In this document: in pieces, positions 14,101-33,829 of the stretch | Layout of the letters: each line of letters begins with the position of its first letter | Position numbering within the stretch: the first letter of the stretch is position 1 | Origin: Bugula neritina | Lineage: Eukaryota; Animalia; Bryozoa | Assembly (NCBI GenBank): GCA_964035545.1 | Contig: OZ037771.1 | Location: forward strand, 7,535,190 to 7,599,189 | Length of the DNA: 64,000 nt | Reading direction: 5' to 3' | Position numbers and translations under genes: made by a program | Notes under the pieces: model-generated | The model's input: only the letters and a program-made list of their open reading frames with translations | Told to the model about the DNA's origin: nothing | Databases searched by the model: none

Positions 14101-16582
14101 GTGGTCTAAAGTCCTACCTTAGTTTTAGTTTTTGGCAGATAGCCAACAAAGTTTTACACATCTATATATTTCTGTCTTTTTCTAGTCTTTTAGTTGTTGT
14201 ATCTCTCACTTAGTCTGGTTAGAGATAAATAAAAACTCACCCGTAGTGCAGAATTTCAACGTGAAGTTACAGTATGGCATCTTATCATTTTAAGTCATTT
14301 GGTGAAATAAGAAAAATGATTTGTCCAAATGTGATATATAAAAACTAAAAGTTTGTGATAGAACCAGCATACCTATTTTTTACTATCTATTACCTCATCT
14401 CCAGTTTTTATGGCAGCTTAATTGAAATATTTAAATGTACAACTGGAAAAATATCCTTCAATAGATTCTGGGACCTTACTATGGCAATCTGAGTTACATA
14501 CTTAGTATTCAAAAGTATATTAACAATACAGAGGAAATACCTTAATATATCTTAACATTATAATTATTTCGTCTGCAACTGTAGCCACAGTATTTATTAT
14601 GACCATGTATCTACTCATCAATATGGCTAGTCATTTAGATTGATAAATCTACTGAAATTGCAGTTTATTTCAGCAGCATTTAGTATAATTACGATCCTTT
14701 TGCTTTTCTTCCATCTAAAAATCTTATGTCTGGATATATAATTTACTATTTAAAAATCATCAACTTTGTTTTACAAAAATGTACCTCAATTTATTCAAGT
14801 GCAATAATGAAGCATTTTAATAGCCTAAATTTTTTAATTTTTTTAGCTTTTGGTTGGAAAACAGACTAAAATTCTTCTAGAAATATCATTTTCCTTACAT
14901 TTTCCATTTTACAAGTGTAAACTAACTGTCCCCACCAAGAATTGAACGGTAGTCCACTAACTTGTAAGCGAGCTGGTTAACCATCACACTATGGGGGCTA
15001 CTGGGGAATCTCAATATCACAATGTTCTGCAAGTTAAGCAATTAGTAGACAAGTGCAAGCAGATCATTAAAAGGATGTATATTGTCAAAATGTCTTTCTG
15101 TGTATACAGCAAGAGCATGAGTGTAAAATTTGCCATAGATTGAGCTTATTTTGTCAACTAGTTTCTGAAATTAGCAACCATGAGGTCAAAGGTTAAATCT
15201 CCACAATCAAAATGTTTTGCCTGCTTTATGGAGTCAAATTCAGTCAGTTTTAAGATGTCAAACATTAAATTAATTACAAATTTTCTGTTTCAGACATACG
15301 CTGAGATGATATGCAAATGATACAAACAAAGACAGTGAGAAAAGCATACCACTTACTAGCTGATCTGTAATGTTATGCGTGACACTATGATAATTTCATC
15401 CCGCAAGTTCAAAGTTATGTCGAAGACTGTTAATTGATGAAAAATAGCTGTTTTATGAGAGACACCATCTCCTTTAAATTCAATTTCAAACCTTCCCTCC
15501 CATAAATTGCCTAATGTATCGGAAAAGAAAAGTTATGATATCTGACGAGGAATATAAGCAAGGAAAAGATTAATGATCATTATAATGTGCTAAGAGTTTC
15601 GTAATAGGAGTACTGATCAAGTTAAACAGAAACAAATTGATGGTAATTAGAATCATAATGGATATTTACATCATTTCTCAGACGAGAATGTTTCCGATTA
15701 AACGGCATGAAAAATCTGCGCATTCCAATAAATGTACTATTCTTCAACCTTCAATGGAAGAATAATTGCCAATAACTATTATTAGTTAGCACTGAGAAAG
15801 CAATAAAATATAATCAAAATTTCAACTTCACATATGCAGTATGCACTTCGTATTATAGGAAATTTGAGAAAAGTAAATTTGCTGAAATGACCTATTTAAT
15901 CTTCAGTAACAAATCTCAGTCTACATGAGAAGTTGTGAAACTATTTATGAAAATTCTTGGGGTAATGCCTACTATAACCACACTCGAGTATGCATCATTT
16001 TATATTTAGTTTTATGGTAGCAAATACGTTTATCTTGGCATTAGATTTGGGTAATACTTCATGGTATTTTAGTATGTAGGTATTGTGAAGTGGTTACCTT
16101 ATCAAGGGAAGGTTGTTTAATAGCTATACGAAAAGCATTTAATTTAGTGAGGGTTGGGGTTCCACAGCCCTTCTTAGACCAATAGATTTAAATTAGGGCT
16201 ATTTTGTAATAGCTTAACAAGGCCAAAACGACGGTTATAAATAAACCAAATTTGCATATATACGGCTATTTTTAATTGTTCAAACAATGTGTTGCCAATT
16301 GCTTCACAAATGTTTGAATATTTCAACACTGAGATACAACTGACTAGTTTAACCAAGTTGTCGGACTAATTGAACCGGATTTCTGCATACACCTTTGGCG
16401 AAAACTTGGCCAATTTAATTCAATTTGACAACGTATCAGCCTGTGTTCAATGCATACAGGCTGATACGTTGCGGGAGTATTTTTTATAGGTAAAGCTCTA
16501 TCAGCATATTATTTAACTCCCTTGCAACCAGATGCTTTCTGTTAAGTTTCCAGTATTTAGGCTCTTTCTGTGTCATGAATAT

Positions 16583-17038
16583 TTATATAGAGTAGTATAG
16601 ACATTATATAGAGTAGTATAGATATTATATAGAGTAGTATAGATATTATATAGAGTAGTATAGATATTATATAGAGTAGTATAGATATTATATAGAGTAG
16701 TATAGATATTATATAGAGTAGTATAGATATTATATAGAGTAGTATAGGTATTATATAGAGTAGTATAGATATTATATAGAGTAGTATAGATATTATATAG
16801 AGTAGTATAGCTATTATATAGAGTAGTATAGCTATTATATAGAGTAGTATAGATATTATATAGAGTAGTATAGCTATTATATAGAGTAGTATAGCTATTA
16901 TATAGAGTAGTATAGCTATTATATAGAGTAGTATAGATATTATATAGAGTAGTATAGATATTATATAGAGTAGTATAGATATTATATAGAGTAGTATAGA
17001 TATTATATAGAGTAGTATAGATATTATATAGAGTAGTT
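16583..17038. repeat. 21-bp minisatellite (ttatatagagtagtatagata), about 21 copies
   Basis: Near-identical tandem units; source of the spurious TTLYNIY ORF. Confidence 0.96.
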
Positions 17039-18189
17039 ATATCAAAACATATCATATAACCACTAGATCGACAAGCTGATAAAAGCAAAACTTCAATACA
17101 ATACAATGCAGTGTCACCATCTGTCAAGAACACTTTTTTGGGACAGGTTTAATATAACAGGATGTTAGAACAAGGTTGACAAGAGCGATAACTTTATGTG
17201 CATGAAGTGTTTAATGACGTGGGGTGGATGTTATTATTATGTGAGAACAATATGTGATAGCATTGTAAGCCGCTATTAAACGGATAACTAAGTTTATGAT
17301 CTAAAATAGCTAAAGCCCATCCCCTCACCCCCCTATTACCACTAATTGTGATTAAAAAATTAATGCTGGGCAAGCATTATATGTGTACAAAAAATTTGAT
17401 GCATCAATAGAGGCCAAAGTTTTTCAAAGCAACTTATATTTCTATGCAATGATTTATTTAGGTTTATCAAAATGCTCCGGATTTTTAATAAAGAAAACGT
17501 AGCGAGATAAAGCTGTTTCCAGCCAGCTAAGAAATGATATGATCTTTGTTCCTCAAGTTTGTACTGAATAGCTGCTAACAGTTGAGCTATATACCTACAC
17601 AAAGGTTGTTTCTGATTAGTCTTCATATTTAGTTAAATACTCTAATCTTTACGGCTCAACGTCATACAAGGCGTAGCCTTTTCATCGCCATGGTTACTCA
17701 ACTACAGAGATGCCAACACGTTTTTTTTCTCCTAATGTTGTGAGCTACATGTCAGAGAACAAACAGATGTCATTGGTTAGCAGGTCTGTCTGTCAAAGCC
17801 ATTTTATGTATCCTTATAGAAAAATGGATTAATTATCAGATTACTTTAAGACTTCCCAACTGAAAGCTGCTTTGGCTAAAATGTCTCCGTTATATTTGGT
17901 GAGTTTAAACCACATTCAGAAAATACTTTAACTAATAAACCATATACTAATCATTAGGAAATATGTATGGTTTTAATACATATTCTCTTTCAAAGATTTT
18001 TTGTGTAAACAAATATGTAAAAATTTTATTTTTTCTGTTATTACTGATGAAGTATGAATTTGTAACAAAGTTTTTTATAGTGTCTGATATAGTGAATTTC
18101 AGTAATATGTGTTTGAGCACTACTTTGTGTTGTGTGGTTTTATACTTGACAAACTTTTATACATATAAGGTTTTATTTAATAAGGTAAT

Positions 18190-18485
18190 TGTATTGTATT
18201 ATATATTATATTATATATATTATGTTCCATATCATAATATATACAATATAATACAAATGCATTATATACAATTTTAATAATATGTTGTCATTATATTTTA
18301 TTATGCAATATATTATATAATACAACATATGTTATAAAATATGTTGTATATTACAATATATATATTATATTGCATATATTATATTACATATATTTTATTA
18401 CATATACTATATTAAATATATTATGTTACATATTGTATTTTATATATTATATTGCATATATTATATACCCTATTACATGTATTAT
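18190..18485. repeat. AT-rich low-complexity degenerate (TATAT)n tract
   Basis: Directly visible. Confidence 0.75.
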
Positions 18486-18496
18486 TTGATTTACAG

Positions 18497-21400
18497 CTAA
18501 AGGTTACGATACTGACTGTGGTATGTGTTTGTGGAGTGACTTACAGTCAGACTCCTCTATGGATGAGAAGAGTAAGTAGAAACTCTGATTACTCTAAAGT
18601 TAATGAGACCATAAAATCACTGATCTGAATGTGATCCTTGAGATTATAGACTTACAGATTTATAAAATATTAATCATGACTCTGGCTTATAAAAAGTTTA
18701 ATCCACTGCATATACTTGTACTATGTGTTGATGCAGCGCATTAAGGTTTACAGAATTATGCGGAAACACACTTTAGGTTGCGACATACAATAATAATATT
18801 ACATATTATGTGTCATTGGCTACGTTTAAAAACAACTTAGTTGATTTACAGAAGCTAAACTTATTTAAAGTATTTTATTACCAAAAAAAGTTTGAAGTTA
18901 TAAATGAATTTAACATTCCTTGAAGACTTGTAAACATAGAAAACTACAGATTTTACCCTCTATCCTTTTCTTGGGTGAACATGATAAATAGCTCTGTAAT
19001 AGCCTAATAATTCCATAAAAATTATTAGTTTGGTTCAAGTTTTAAATTCTGAATAGAAGACAAAATCTTGTTTGCAAGCTCCAGGCACAGAAAAACTAAC
19101 CGTATAAAATGATTTATAGTTGTATTATATAGTATTGATGGTTGTCTGTCAAAAATGAAAGGACGTAGTATGTAATGTATTCTTCAACTCTCTAAATTAA
19201 ATGTGATCTATAGAGTAAAAGTGCGGTAATATGTAACAGCAGTTTGTTTTATGGCCCCTCAAATGGTGGTACCAATACCACGAAGGAAATTGGATTAAAG
19301 CAATTTAGTAGGTAATATATTTCTGTTTGAGTATTGCTTCATTAAGGCAAATTTAAATAGAGTTGATATATTTTCCAAACGGGTAATTCAACTTGTGATT
19401 TAATGCAAATGTTTGATACAGCTAATTAAAAATACTAGAAAAGTGTGTGACTGAAGAGCACTTAAATCATATTCAGTTACGCCACAGCATTTTAAACCTC
19501 ACCTGGAAATACCTGAGTTAGAATTTGACTTCTTGTTTTAATTCAAAATTACCTGCATTAGAATAAATAATGTTTGCACCTTGTGTTGAGTATCACTGTT
19601 TTGAGTATTGGTTGGCAATGTGCACTCAAAGATAGTTTAATTTAGAATAAGTTGAGGATGCTTCACATCTTAGTTTTTAGCTAATATCATTGCCTAGGAT
19701 TAAATTATCTCAACACTTTGAAAAGTTAAAATTTTCATAAATCAAATATTTTAATGCAAGACTAATATCAATTATTAGGGTTTGAAGTAATTGATAAATC
19801 AAGCTTGAATGTTTAAAAATGAGCCTTCCTTTGCAAATGCACACTTTATGGTGATTAAAGAAGTCTGCATTGGCATCAGCCAGCTAAGCCAAACCAATCT
19901 TTATAATATTTGTGGAATGCATAATACCAAAAGAAAAATATTTTGAGCAAAGACCTAATCTTTTAATGTGTCAACTTGTTAGAGTAAAAGCTATTTTATT
20001 GGAAATAATTAGGGAGTACCATGTTGACGCTTTTGCATTCCGATTTTCAGTTTGAAGCCTAAACTCCAACGTGTGTATTATTCAAGGTTAGGGCACCAAA
20101 TTGCAAGACCTGAGGTCAGTGTCTAGAATCCCAGTGAGTGCAAATAATATATTAAAACTCTAACTTGTGTTTTATTGAAGTTTGAATTCATTGCAGAAGC
20201 CAGTTTGTCCTCCCGCCTACAAGATCAATGTGGCGATAAGGTTTGACGGAAGACCAAACTTCTTGCGTGGACCTTGTTCTATAAGCAGCCCAAGACGAGA
20301 CACGTGCAGAAGGCGGATGTCATGCTGCGAGAACTCACGAGGAGTTCACTTGTGCATCCGGGCCAGAGTCTATCAGCCCAAATACAGAACAGGAAGTAAA
20401 AGTCGCGCCCAGCCGTCACCGCCTCCACCTCCAGTGCCAGTTCAAAGCAGCATAATGCTGAATGGTAAGGAGCTATACTAACCCTTCAACTGCTCTACTT
20501 TCTGCTGGTTTTTCCGATTTCAAAAGTAAAAATGAACATCAAAGTACCGATTAGATAGGGAAGTGGTTTGAAAGTTGTATCAGTAAAACCTTATTTGAAT
20601 AAGCAAAGCAATATTATCATTTATTAAATGAGATAGTAAGATCTAGCATTTGGAAAAATAATCAAAGAAATAATACTTGTAATAATATTGCATGCAAGAT
20701 AGCCATATACTATGATATAATAATGTTTAATGTCGTGATACAATACACAATACTACATGATATTATTTTATAGACTGTTGAAATGCAACAAAAATATGTT
20801 TTGTGATAAATTAATTACCAACAAAGTTGTGTTAAAGTTGTATAAGAATAGAAAACGGTCACGGTTACTATTTAAAAGATGTTGTATAACTGTTTGATGT
20901 ATAATTGTTGGTAATTATACTACATACATTACTTTTCGAACTGACAAGGTCGAAAACAGTCGTTAGTGTTAATCTCACTTCAATGCAATCAATGTGTTTA
21001 GCTTCTAGTATCTGTTGAGTAGTATAATGTTTTTCTTAAGATCACTCTCTTCATCTCCAGATACATTAACGTTAGCTATAAATTACACTTTAATTGAGAA
21101 AGTAATGAAAAAACTAATTGTCAAAATATTTGAAACCTTTAGCACTATATGGTATGGTTAACCATCAAAACTACAAACGTTACCTTGTATCATATTCTAA
21201 ATAAGAGTGGTTATATATGCTAAGTCCCAGAAGAATAAAAAAAGGTATTGGCAAACATTAGTAAGTTATAGAAAGATATGTAGAAAGCCAAAAAATTCTA
21301 AATATTTGTAGACATTAGCTTATCTGATATCCATAATAGAGATAAGTCGAGAGCTTGTACAGGAAAGGGTCTATAACCATTAGCACAGATGTGTGATTTC

Positions 21401-24400
21401 TGAGTACCACCAATGTTGCAACTTTTAGCAGGTCAGGACTAAAGATCCATCTGGATGATACCAATAGATCAATGTTATGGTGTTTGTAGATATGGATTTT
21501 GGTAGCTCTCTGTGTCCCAATGTCTTGGCTATGCATGGTAACTCAGGAAAGGCTTGTGGTAACTATGACAAGCTGCATACTCCTTGTCAGGATACATTTA
21601 TGGACTGTCCAGGTGACAGGTACTTGTCAAGTGCTACTTCAACATTTCTTATACTGTCAATATCAACAGCTGCTGAAACCAATAAAAGCTCACTAACTTT
21701 TACAAATTACTTTTTGGATCACCAATTTTTTACAAAACCAGCAACGTTATCTGTTTGTGTAAAGGAAATTGAAAAGTGATCAATTTTAGAGCACACCTTA
21801 GTCAAATAGTTATTACAGGAGAAGCCGTGGTTTAAAGGTTTTAGTCGTGGCTTGGTAAATATGAGGTCAGTAGTTTTATCCTCGGTGAAGGCGGTTGGTG
21901 ATGTTAGAAAAGATATTCAGTAATACTCAACCCTTTGCCAAAAGAAAGAGAAGTTCTTAACTCAAGCTAAATTACCCTTTCTATCAGAGATTCTCACAGG
22001 GCTGAATATAAACCCACATGAGCTTTATTTGAGTGAATTTTCAGGGTGTGTTGCAAAGATCCTTGCTACAAAGGGAAGGGCTCTCCAAAGCTGTGTTTCC
22101 CTCTGCCAACCCAATCTCCTTTTGCTAGTTTTCCTCTTGGAGTTAACTTTCTTTCTAATGATATTCACCACTTGCCACTTATAAACACACATCAGAAGAA
22201 ATCCAACGAACCACCCACGACCAAGCTTCCACCCACAGTACCCTTAGTGACTGCAAATCTTATAGCCAAAGGTATTTGTATTTACATAATAGTAAACTTT
22301 CTGTACTCAAATGCATAAATTACTTCACTTGAAACTATGTAAGATGATTAAATGGCAATTAAGCCTCTTGAGCAGAAATTAAGATTAAATATCTATTAAA
22401 TTAGGCAGCTGCACCCTTTTTATGGTTACATGACTTAATCATGACTCAATTACAGAATATGACTGCATACTTTAAAGTAATAACTTATGACTCAACAAAC
22501 ATTAAAATGATTACAAATATACAACTTTTGCCCAATTATGAGTCAACTCGAAAGAATTATAATTGCAAAAACTGAAATCTGCAACTATTAAGCAAAATTC
22601 ATCTTAATACATCTTAAGAATTATTTAACTGAACCTAATGTGTTGATGGCCACAAATTTTCTCAATGATCATGCAATCTTTAGTCTCATACTATAATATG
22701 CTTAACTATAAAGTAATTAATGTATGGCTTTAATAGAAGATGATAGCAAGTGTCCTAAGCCAGATATCAGATGCAGTGAAGATGGTACGGAGTGCGCAGT
22801 CGGATGCCCGGCATATGACAAATCTTTCACAGAGTGTAAAGAGACCTCAGACTGTGCTCAGAACAGGTCAGTGAGAAAGATAACTCCTTAACAGCTCACT
22901 GAGTTGCTGCTTTATATAGATTACACAAAGAGGTCAGCCATTACATGGTATTAGTATGGGCAGCGCTTGCTTCAGTTTTATGGTTGACCAGCTGCTGCTA
23001 ATAGCGACCAGCAAAGATTTAGTTTATATGTCAGAGTATTTGGTATTGTCAGACTAATTGTTTACTCATTATATTTTTGCTGACTTTTAGTAAACATAAA
23101 AAAGGTATCCGTAATCTATTTCCTGATTTTAGTTTCAGCTGTTTAAATCTACATTTCAAACCAAACCAATCTTTTGGTAAGAGATTAGTTAGATCTTTAG
23201 GTAATCTGGTCTTCTGGTTGACTAAGTTCTGAAGAGTGAGAAGGAGTTGAAAGATTGGTTCAGATAGGTTAATGGTGGCATGCTTGACTTGTTAGCCATA
23301 GATTAGTGGTATGAGTTGCATGCATGTCACCGAGAGCTCTTTTAACTTTTACAGAAGTTATTGATTATATACAACTACCATTATAGCTAATTTAAATCAA
23401 AACACATAATTGACAGGGGTTGATAACTTCTCAATTACTTTACTCGGCAGACCCAGCTGTGACATTTTGATTCAAACTGAATATCTTATAGATTTATTGT
23501 AAATTTATAATGCATATTAATAGGCTAATTATAGGGTTTCAGTTTACATTTGATGACTAGAATACATTTATGCTGTATGTGTTATAAATGCAAAGTATCT
23601 CTCATTGTGTTCTACTATATATTTCACTGCAATCTACAATCTAATGCAGAAGATTTAGTGATTACGATGATGCAACATTTTGGCATCTTGATAATCTCAG
23701 CCTATCAAAATGATTTATGCCTCTCAATAGAGCAAGTTTTTTGTTTAAATATTGTCCGTAAAAGCTAAAAAGGTGGAGATCATATCTTTGTTTTGTTGAA
23801 CAATTAAAAAAATTTGACCCTGCTTCCTTTAAAACTTTGCATAATATATGATGTCTGCTAAAAATGACACAGGTAAAAATGGCACAAATTAATGGCAAAG
23901 TTGGTAAAAACTGCACATTTTCAATGTTAGAGTTTGGAGTGGTGGTTCGGGGTTTAGAATGGGGGGTAAAGGTTTGGGGTTAGGATTTGAGAGGTTTGGG
24001 AAAATTTAACAGTAGTGTGCCATTTTTACCTACTTTCCCATTTGTGCCATTATTGCCTGAGCCATTTTCACAGTGCCATTTTTACCTGTGCCAATTTCCC
24101 CTAAACTCTTTTGTATGCATATGCATGGGGTAGAAATATAATTGTAACAATTGTAAAAAATTTTCTAGCTCTTTAAAATCAGAGCTACTATTTAGATGAG
24201 TATTATGATAGTAAGTCACATGAACTGTCTGTGCATAGTGACAGGAAAAGCCCATCATATTGTTATACAGAGACAATGTCTAAATTTTGAAATTTCAATA
24301 GGCCTCAAAATAACCCAATTATGATTTCAAAAATAACTTAAATGCCACATTAAGAAATATTCTCAAAAGCTTCGACTAATAATAAATTGATGCAGACAGT

Positions 24401-26638
24401 TTATAACTTGAGTGCCAACCAGTGATGGAATATGACTGCATGTGATTTCAACATAATTCTTATAAGGCAGAAAGTGTATGATTGATGGCAGTCAGCTTGT
24501 GCCTGTGAGATTAGTTTAATCTCACAATATATTTCATAAATCTGATAAATTTATCCACTTCATTTCTTCAAGAATCTTAGCCATTGACTAAAAATAGGAC
24601 TACCTTTACCATATTGAATAGTGAATACCACTTTTGCAGCCAGGGAAATATCTAAAATATAAGAATTTTATGTTTTTATATGTTTTTTTTTGCCAGAAAT
24701 ATATTGTTGGAGACAAACGTGCAGTAGTTGTAGACACACTGCTGCTATATGAACATCTAACTAAGTATGACCCTTTGCATTATAAGTATTAAATCTAGAA
24801 CAATCTTGTAACTTTTACTTATTAATTTTTGGAATAAAGCAAAGTACATTTAATTTATAATGCTTGTGTATAAAGTAAACAAGATTAAAATAAGGAGTAT
24901 GGATCATATTCAACACAATTTTTGACATGTGTTTTTGATAAAAACTCGCTGTTGTAGAGTATGCTGTCAAGACCCATGTCCAAACTCACCACTGAAGTTG
25001 TGTTTCCCTGACAATGAAAAGGTCAGCAGACAAAAGACCGCCATTAGCAAACCCGCAATCCAGCCTCCACCACACAACACTGTTATGGTTGACGAGGAGG
25101 TGAAAGTTGACAGAAGTATGTATCTACTTATTTCAGTCACCAATACTGATTCTATCAACAATTGTATTCCACATCTCTGTATGTTTGTCTAAACTTTACC
25201 CTGTATAGGTATGCCATCACCATAAACATTACTTTAACTACATAATATCATTCATCGCATAACCTTACATCTTTATTTTTTAAGTTTAAGTTAGAATATC
25301 TACGTGTATGCTTTTTGAAAACTTTAGATCTGTAGATCTGCCAATACCAGCAAACTCTTTATTGCTAGCTAAGTTGCCATTTGCCAGTTCAGTTTCGATT
25401 ATGCTTTACATAGACTAGGAGCTGTTAAACAAGTGATCTTGCTTAGGGGGTATAACACGTGTTCAAAGTGCTCTTGCCACCTTAGCAAAAAAATAGTACG
25501 ATTTTCTATTACTGTAAAATTTCTTGCTGCTACATTTTCATTGTTTATGCTTTCTACCATATTTAATACTTTTTTTTAATGAATCAACATTTGTTTAGTC
25601 CTGGATAACAACTCGTTGTGTATGCAGAACTCACTTTGGTAAGATAAAGCATAGGTTTAGATATGTCTATATGGAGTGAGTGAGTGAGTGAATGAATGAG
25701 TGAATTTTTGACCATTTAGCACTCCGTATGTCTAGGCTTGCATTCTAAACATTCACTTAGAAATACATTATTGGTTAGTGACACTGTACAAACCACGCCT
25801 GACCTTAATCATAACTTCCTGTCTGTTTGATATTAATTGACTGTTGAATTTACCTTCTTTGCTAGAGAAAAAGCAGCAGAACCTGGTCTGTCCAATAGGA
25901 GACCTTTCTAGCTGCATAGGCTGGGTGGCTGAACCAGGAAAGAATGGTACAGGCACGTGTGTGTCGCAGAAGGACTGTGCAGAAGACAGGGTCTGCTGCA
26001 AGATTACAGAGTGTTTTGATGGTCTCAAACATTGTGTCAAGCAAATTAAAGAAAGTGCTTTGAGAAAAGGTTAGTGCTTGGAACACAGCCTCTCTATTAT
26101 TTCAGCCAATAAGATTAAAGTATTGTGATTTTAGTGAAGATTCTGGAATCATCAACGGTGCATTAAATTTAATTAGTTTGGCAGTTTGTATTGAAATATA
26201 GTGCATTATACCACAGCCCATTGATCATTTGTTACTTGGACAATCTGAACTTATTTACTTCAAGGTGTAACTTACACTAGCATAAGTGACAAAGTAAATA
26301 AATGTAAGTGTGCTGATGCTAAGGATTTCCTATTACATCTTACGGCACGTTGAGCATTTCCTTAGCAACTGTTCAGCAATTCAAATTTATTTTGTTGTAT
26401 TTTTCGTGCATTTGCATTATTCGTTGATAAACTTCACCAACTTCATTTATATATGCAGTTGGAATACATAATGAGCTCATTTGTAGGTTGCCCAACACCA
26501 TCTTACTTTAAGTTCTCACCCTCAAAAGAGCAAAAACTCATCAAATGCGCTGCAGACAAAGACTGTACAGGAAATAGGTTATGCTGTCATTTAGATGTCT
26601 ATGGCACCAGAGGATGCACACCTTCGAGCATAAATTAA
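18497..26638 (+). CDS. Secreted protein with five WAP (four-disulfide-core)-like domains. Exons 18497-18571, 20197-20464, 21490-21619, 22045-22271, 22737-22866, 24958-25115, 25866-26069, 26487-26638; start codon lies in an upstream exon (candidate ATG|gtaagt at 13239-13241)
   Basis: Phase-compatible GT-AG splicing gives a signal-peptide-like LKVTILTVVCVCGVTYSQ followed by five CP...C...(D)C..R.CC...C modules, e.g. CPIGDLSSC...CVSQKDCAEDRVCCKITECFDGLKHC. Several linkers are Pro-rich. Confidence 0.8.
21818..22002 (+). mobile_element. Degenerate SINE-like dispersed repeat, copy 2
   Basis: tRNA-like head, then 'gatgttagaaaagatattcagt' and 'tttctatcagagattctcaca', shared with 28782-28960. Confidence 0.5.
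23865..24100. mobile_element. MITE/foldback-like element with repeated ggtaaaaatggcaca motifs
   Basis: ggtaaaaatggcaca on the left and several inverted tgtgccatttttacc copies on the right; a related copy lies at 55465-55800. Confidence 0.65.
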
Positions 26639-27696
26639 CACATTGGTCGAACTTTGAGCTTTAGACTGAGGCAACTGGCTCACCACGAGTCTATTAAAAG
26701 ACTAATTACAGTCTACTAATGGCCAAAACAGTCTATCAGAGTACAACTATAGCAGCTTACTAGACATTTCATAGCAATCTATTAACAGAATAACTCTAAT
26801 AGACAGTGTATTTCTATAGGAAATCTATAGTATCCAGTTGGAGAAATATCTACCACAACTCATTAATATATACTTCTATGGTGCTGGGCTTAGAATATGT
26901 GCTAACATCCCAATTCATAGCCTTGCGTGCTGTAAAAACGTTAGCCTTCTATTTTAGTCATAAAACAATTACAAACAAATATATCTTATAAGGCACGCAT
27001 GAAATAGCAGTTAACTGCACTTTGCTAAAGATAATAATCTTGAAAATCTTTTTATGTAAATAAATTAATTCCATTTAGAAGTAAGCTGTGCCTATGGGAT
27101 TAGCTTGTACTAGCTAGCACTAGCCACCAGTGTTAAATACTTATTAAGTACTTCAATTATTGTTATTTTTTGTAATAACTTTTAGTTTATATAATAAAAT
27201 CTTTGATACCTCATCTGTAAAGTTAGCTTACATGAAAGGTGTTAGGATGTATTACCAGTGTACCACATCTATTAACACAGGTATTATGCTAACAGGTCAC
27301 TCCCAGCTTTGTTGACAAAGGTTATTATTAATAACATAAAATAGTAATTGCAAAGAGATTATTACTTGAGATATTAGACCAGATAAAACAAACAATTACC
27401 ATAAAAAGTGAAATCATAGAAAAAACATAATTCAAAATATTTCTTTGAACAAAAGTCCAACGCAAATAAAACAAAATACAAGTAGCATGACTTCTATGTA
27501 TAATCCAAGACATTATTATTGTTAAACCAATTTTATAGTTTGGGAACGTAAGAGACAACTTATGAGAAAATTTATAGCAGTCTGACTAGGTAACGAAAGT
27601 TGTTGTACACCAAACTGTAGGATTGCACCATTTCCAAGTTACACTGACTACATTTAATTAAAAAAATGTTACTTGCAAGACTCTAACCACTAGTAA

Positions 27697-32601
<4,905 letters not shown>

Positions 32602-32879
32602 AACAGACGCTTCCAAAAGAGAAAACTCACTTTTAAAAATGATAAAACATTTACGAAAAGTAAAATTATGAAGGCAGCATGAATTTACAGTGTTTTGAAG
32701 TAGTTTTTAATGAAATTCAAATATATGTAAACTCATTTCATAATGAAGACACATATATTTCTATATATTAAACACTAGACATTAAAACAATTTATTGTTT
32801 TTGATTGCATTAAAAAATAATGTGTTTTAAAATAATAAAAAAAGTCTTAGCTAGCATAATAATCTACAGTAATACTAAT

Positions 32880-33810
32880 ATTTATAGTAAAATTAACATG
32901 GGGTTAATAATGACAATTGTAATACTAATAGTAATAGTGATAGTTATAATTATTTATTATTACTAATATAAATATTATTAATTTAAAAAATATATATATA
33001 TATATATATTAATATTATAAATATTATAGTGAAATACTGTGTGATGTTTATAGCTAGACTAATAGTAATACTAGTAATGCTACTACGAGTGAATAGTACG
33101 CATGCTCTGTAACTCTGATAGTCAATAACACTGGCAGTAATACTAATGGTATTGTTATTACTTATTAGTAATAAAAATAGTCAATGCTTATACAGTTTAT
33201 AATGAAAGCAGTACTAGTAGTTAAACTTAATAGTTGCAGTGAAAATATAACGCAGTAGCGGTTAATCTAAGTGATACGCTTTTGCTTGATTTGAATTAAC
33301 TAGATATACTTTTACTTTAATAATTAACTAAATTTAAAACTTGGACACTATCACTATGACAGTGACGATAAGTATGACCATCACCATGACTATGACTATG
33401 ACCATGACTGATGACTCTAAGTATTACTATTAGTATTGCTGTTACAGCTTGAGTTTATGACTATAAGTATCATTGTCATAATTAATAAATTATAATAATA
33501 ATATTAATAATAATTAAAAATCATCTATCTATAGTCAATATGAATATCAATATAAATATCAATATCACAATCTGATTCAGATTGTCATAAGCATCACAGT
33601 GTAAATAGTGATCATTATGATTATTCATAATCTAAACTGATTCTAAAGCATAATAATAATCATTCAAAATTAAATTCTATAGTGATAATCATAATCATAA
33701 TGATAGACATACCAACTCCAAGTGATACTTATATTTATAAGTTATAACTATTACTAGTTATTATTATTATAACTTTTACTTATACTTATAGTTATACTTA
33801 TAGTGTTTAT
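32880..33810. repeat. AT-rich degenerate 3/6-bp-periodic low-complexity tract
   Basis: Runs such as atgactatgactatgacc, ataatcataatcata and tatacttatagttatac. Confidence 0.7.
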
Positions 33811-33829
33811 TGTCAAACTAAATAATAGA

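Noticed and set aside
16573-17133. 186-aa TTLYNIY-repeat ORF
   Set aside because: Artefact of a stop-free 21-bp minisatellite; no unique coding context.
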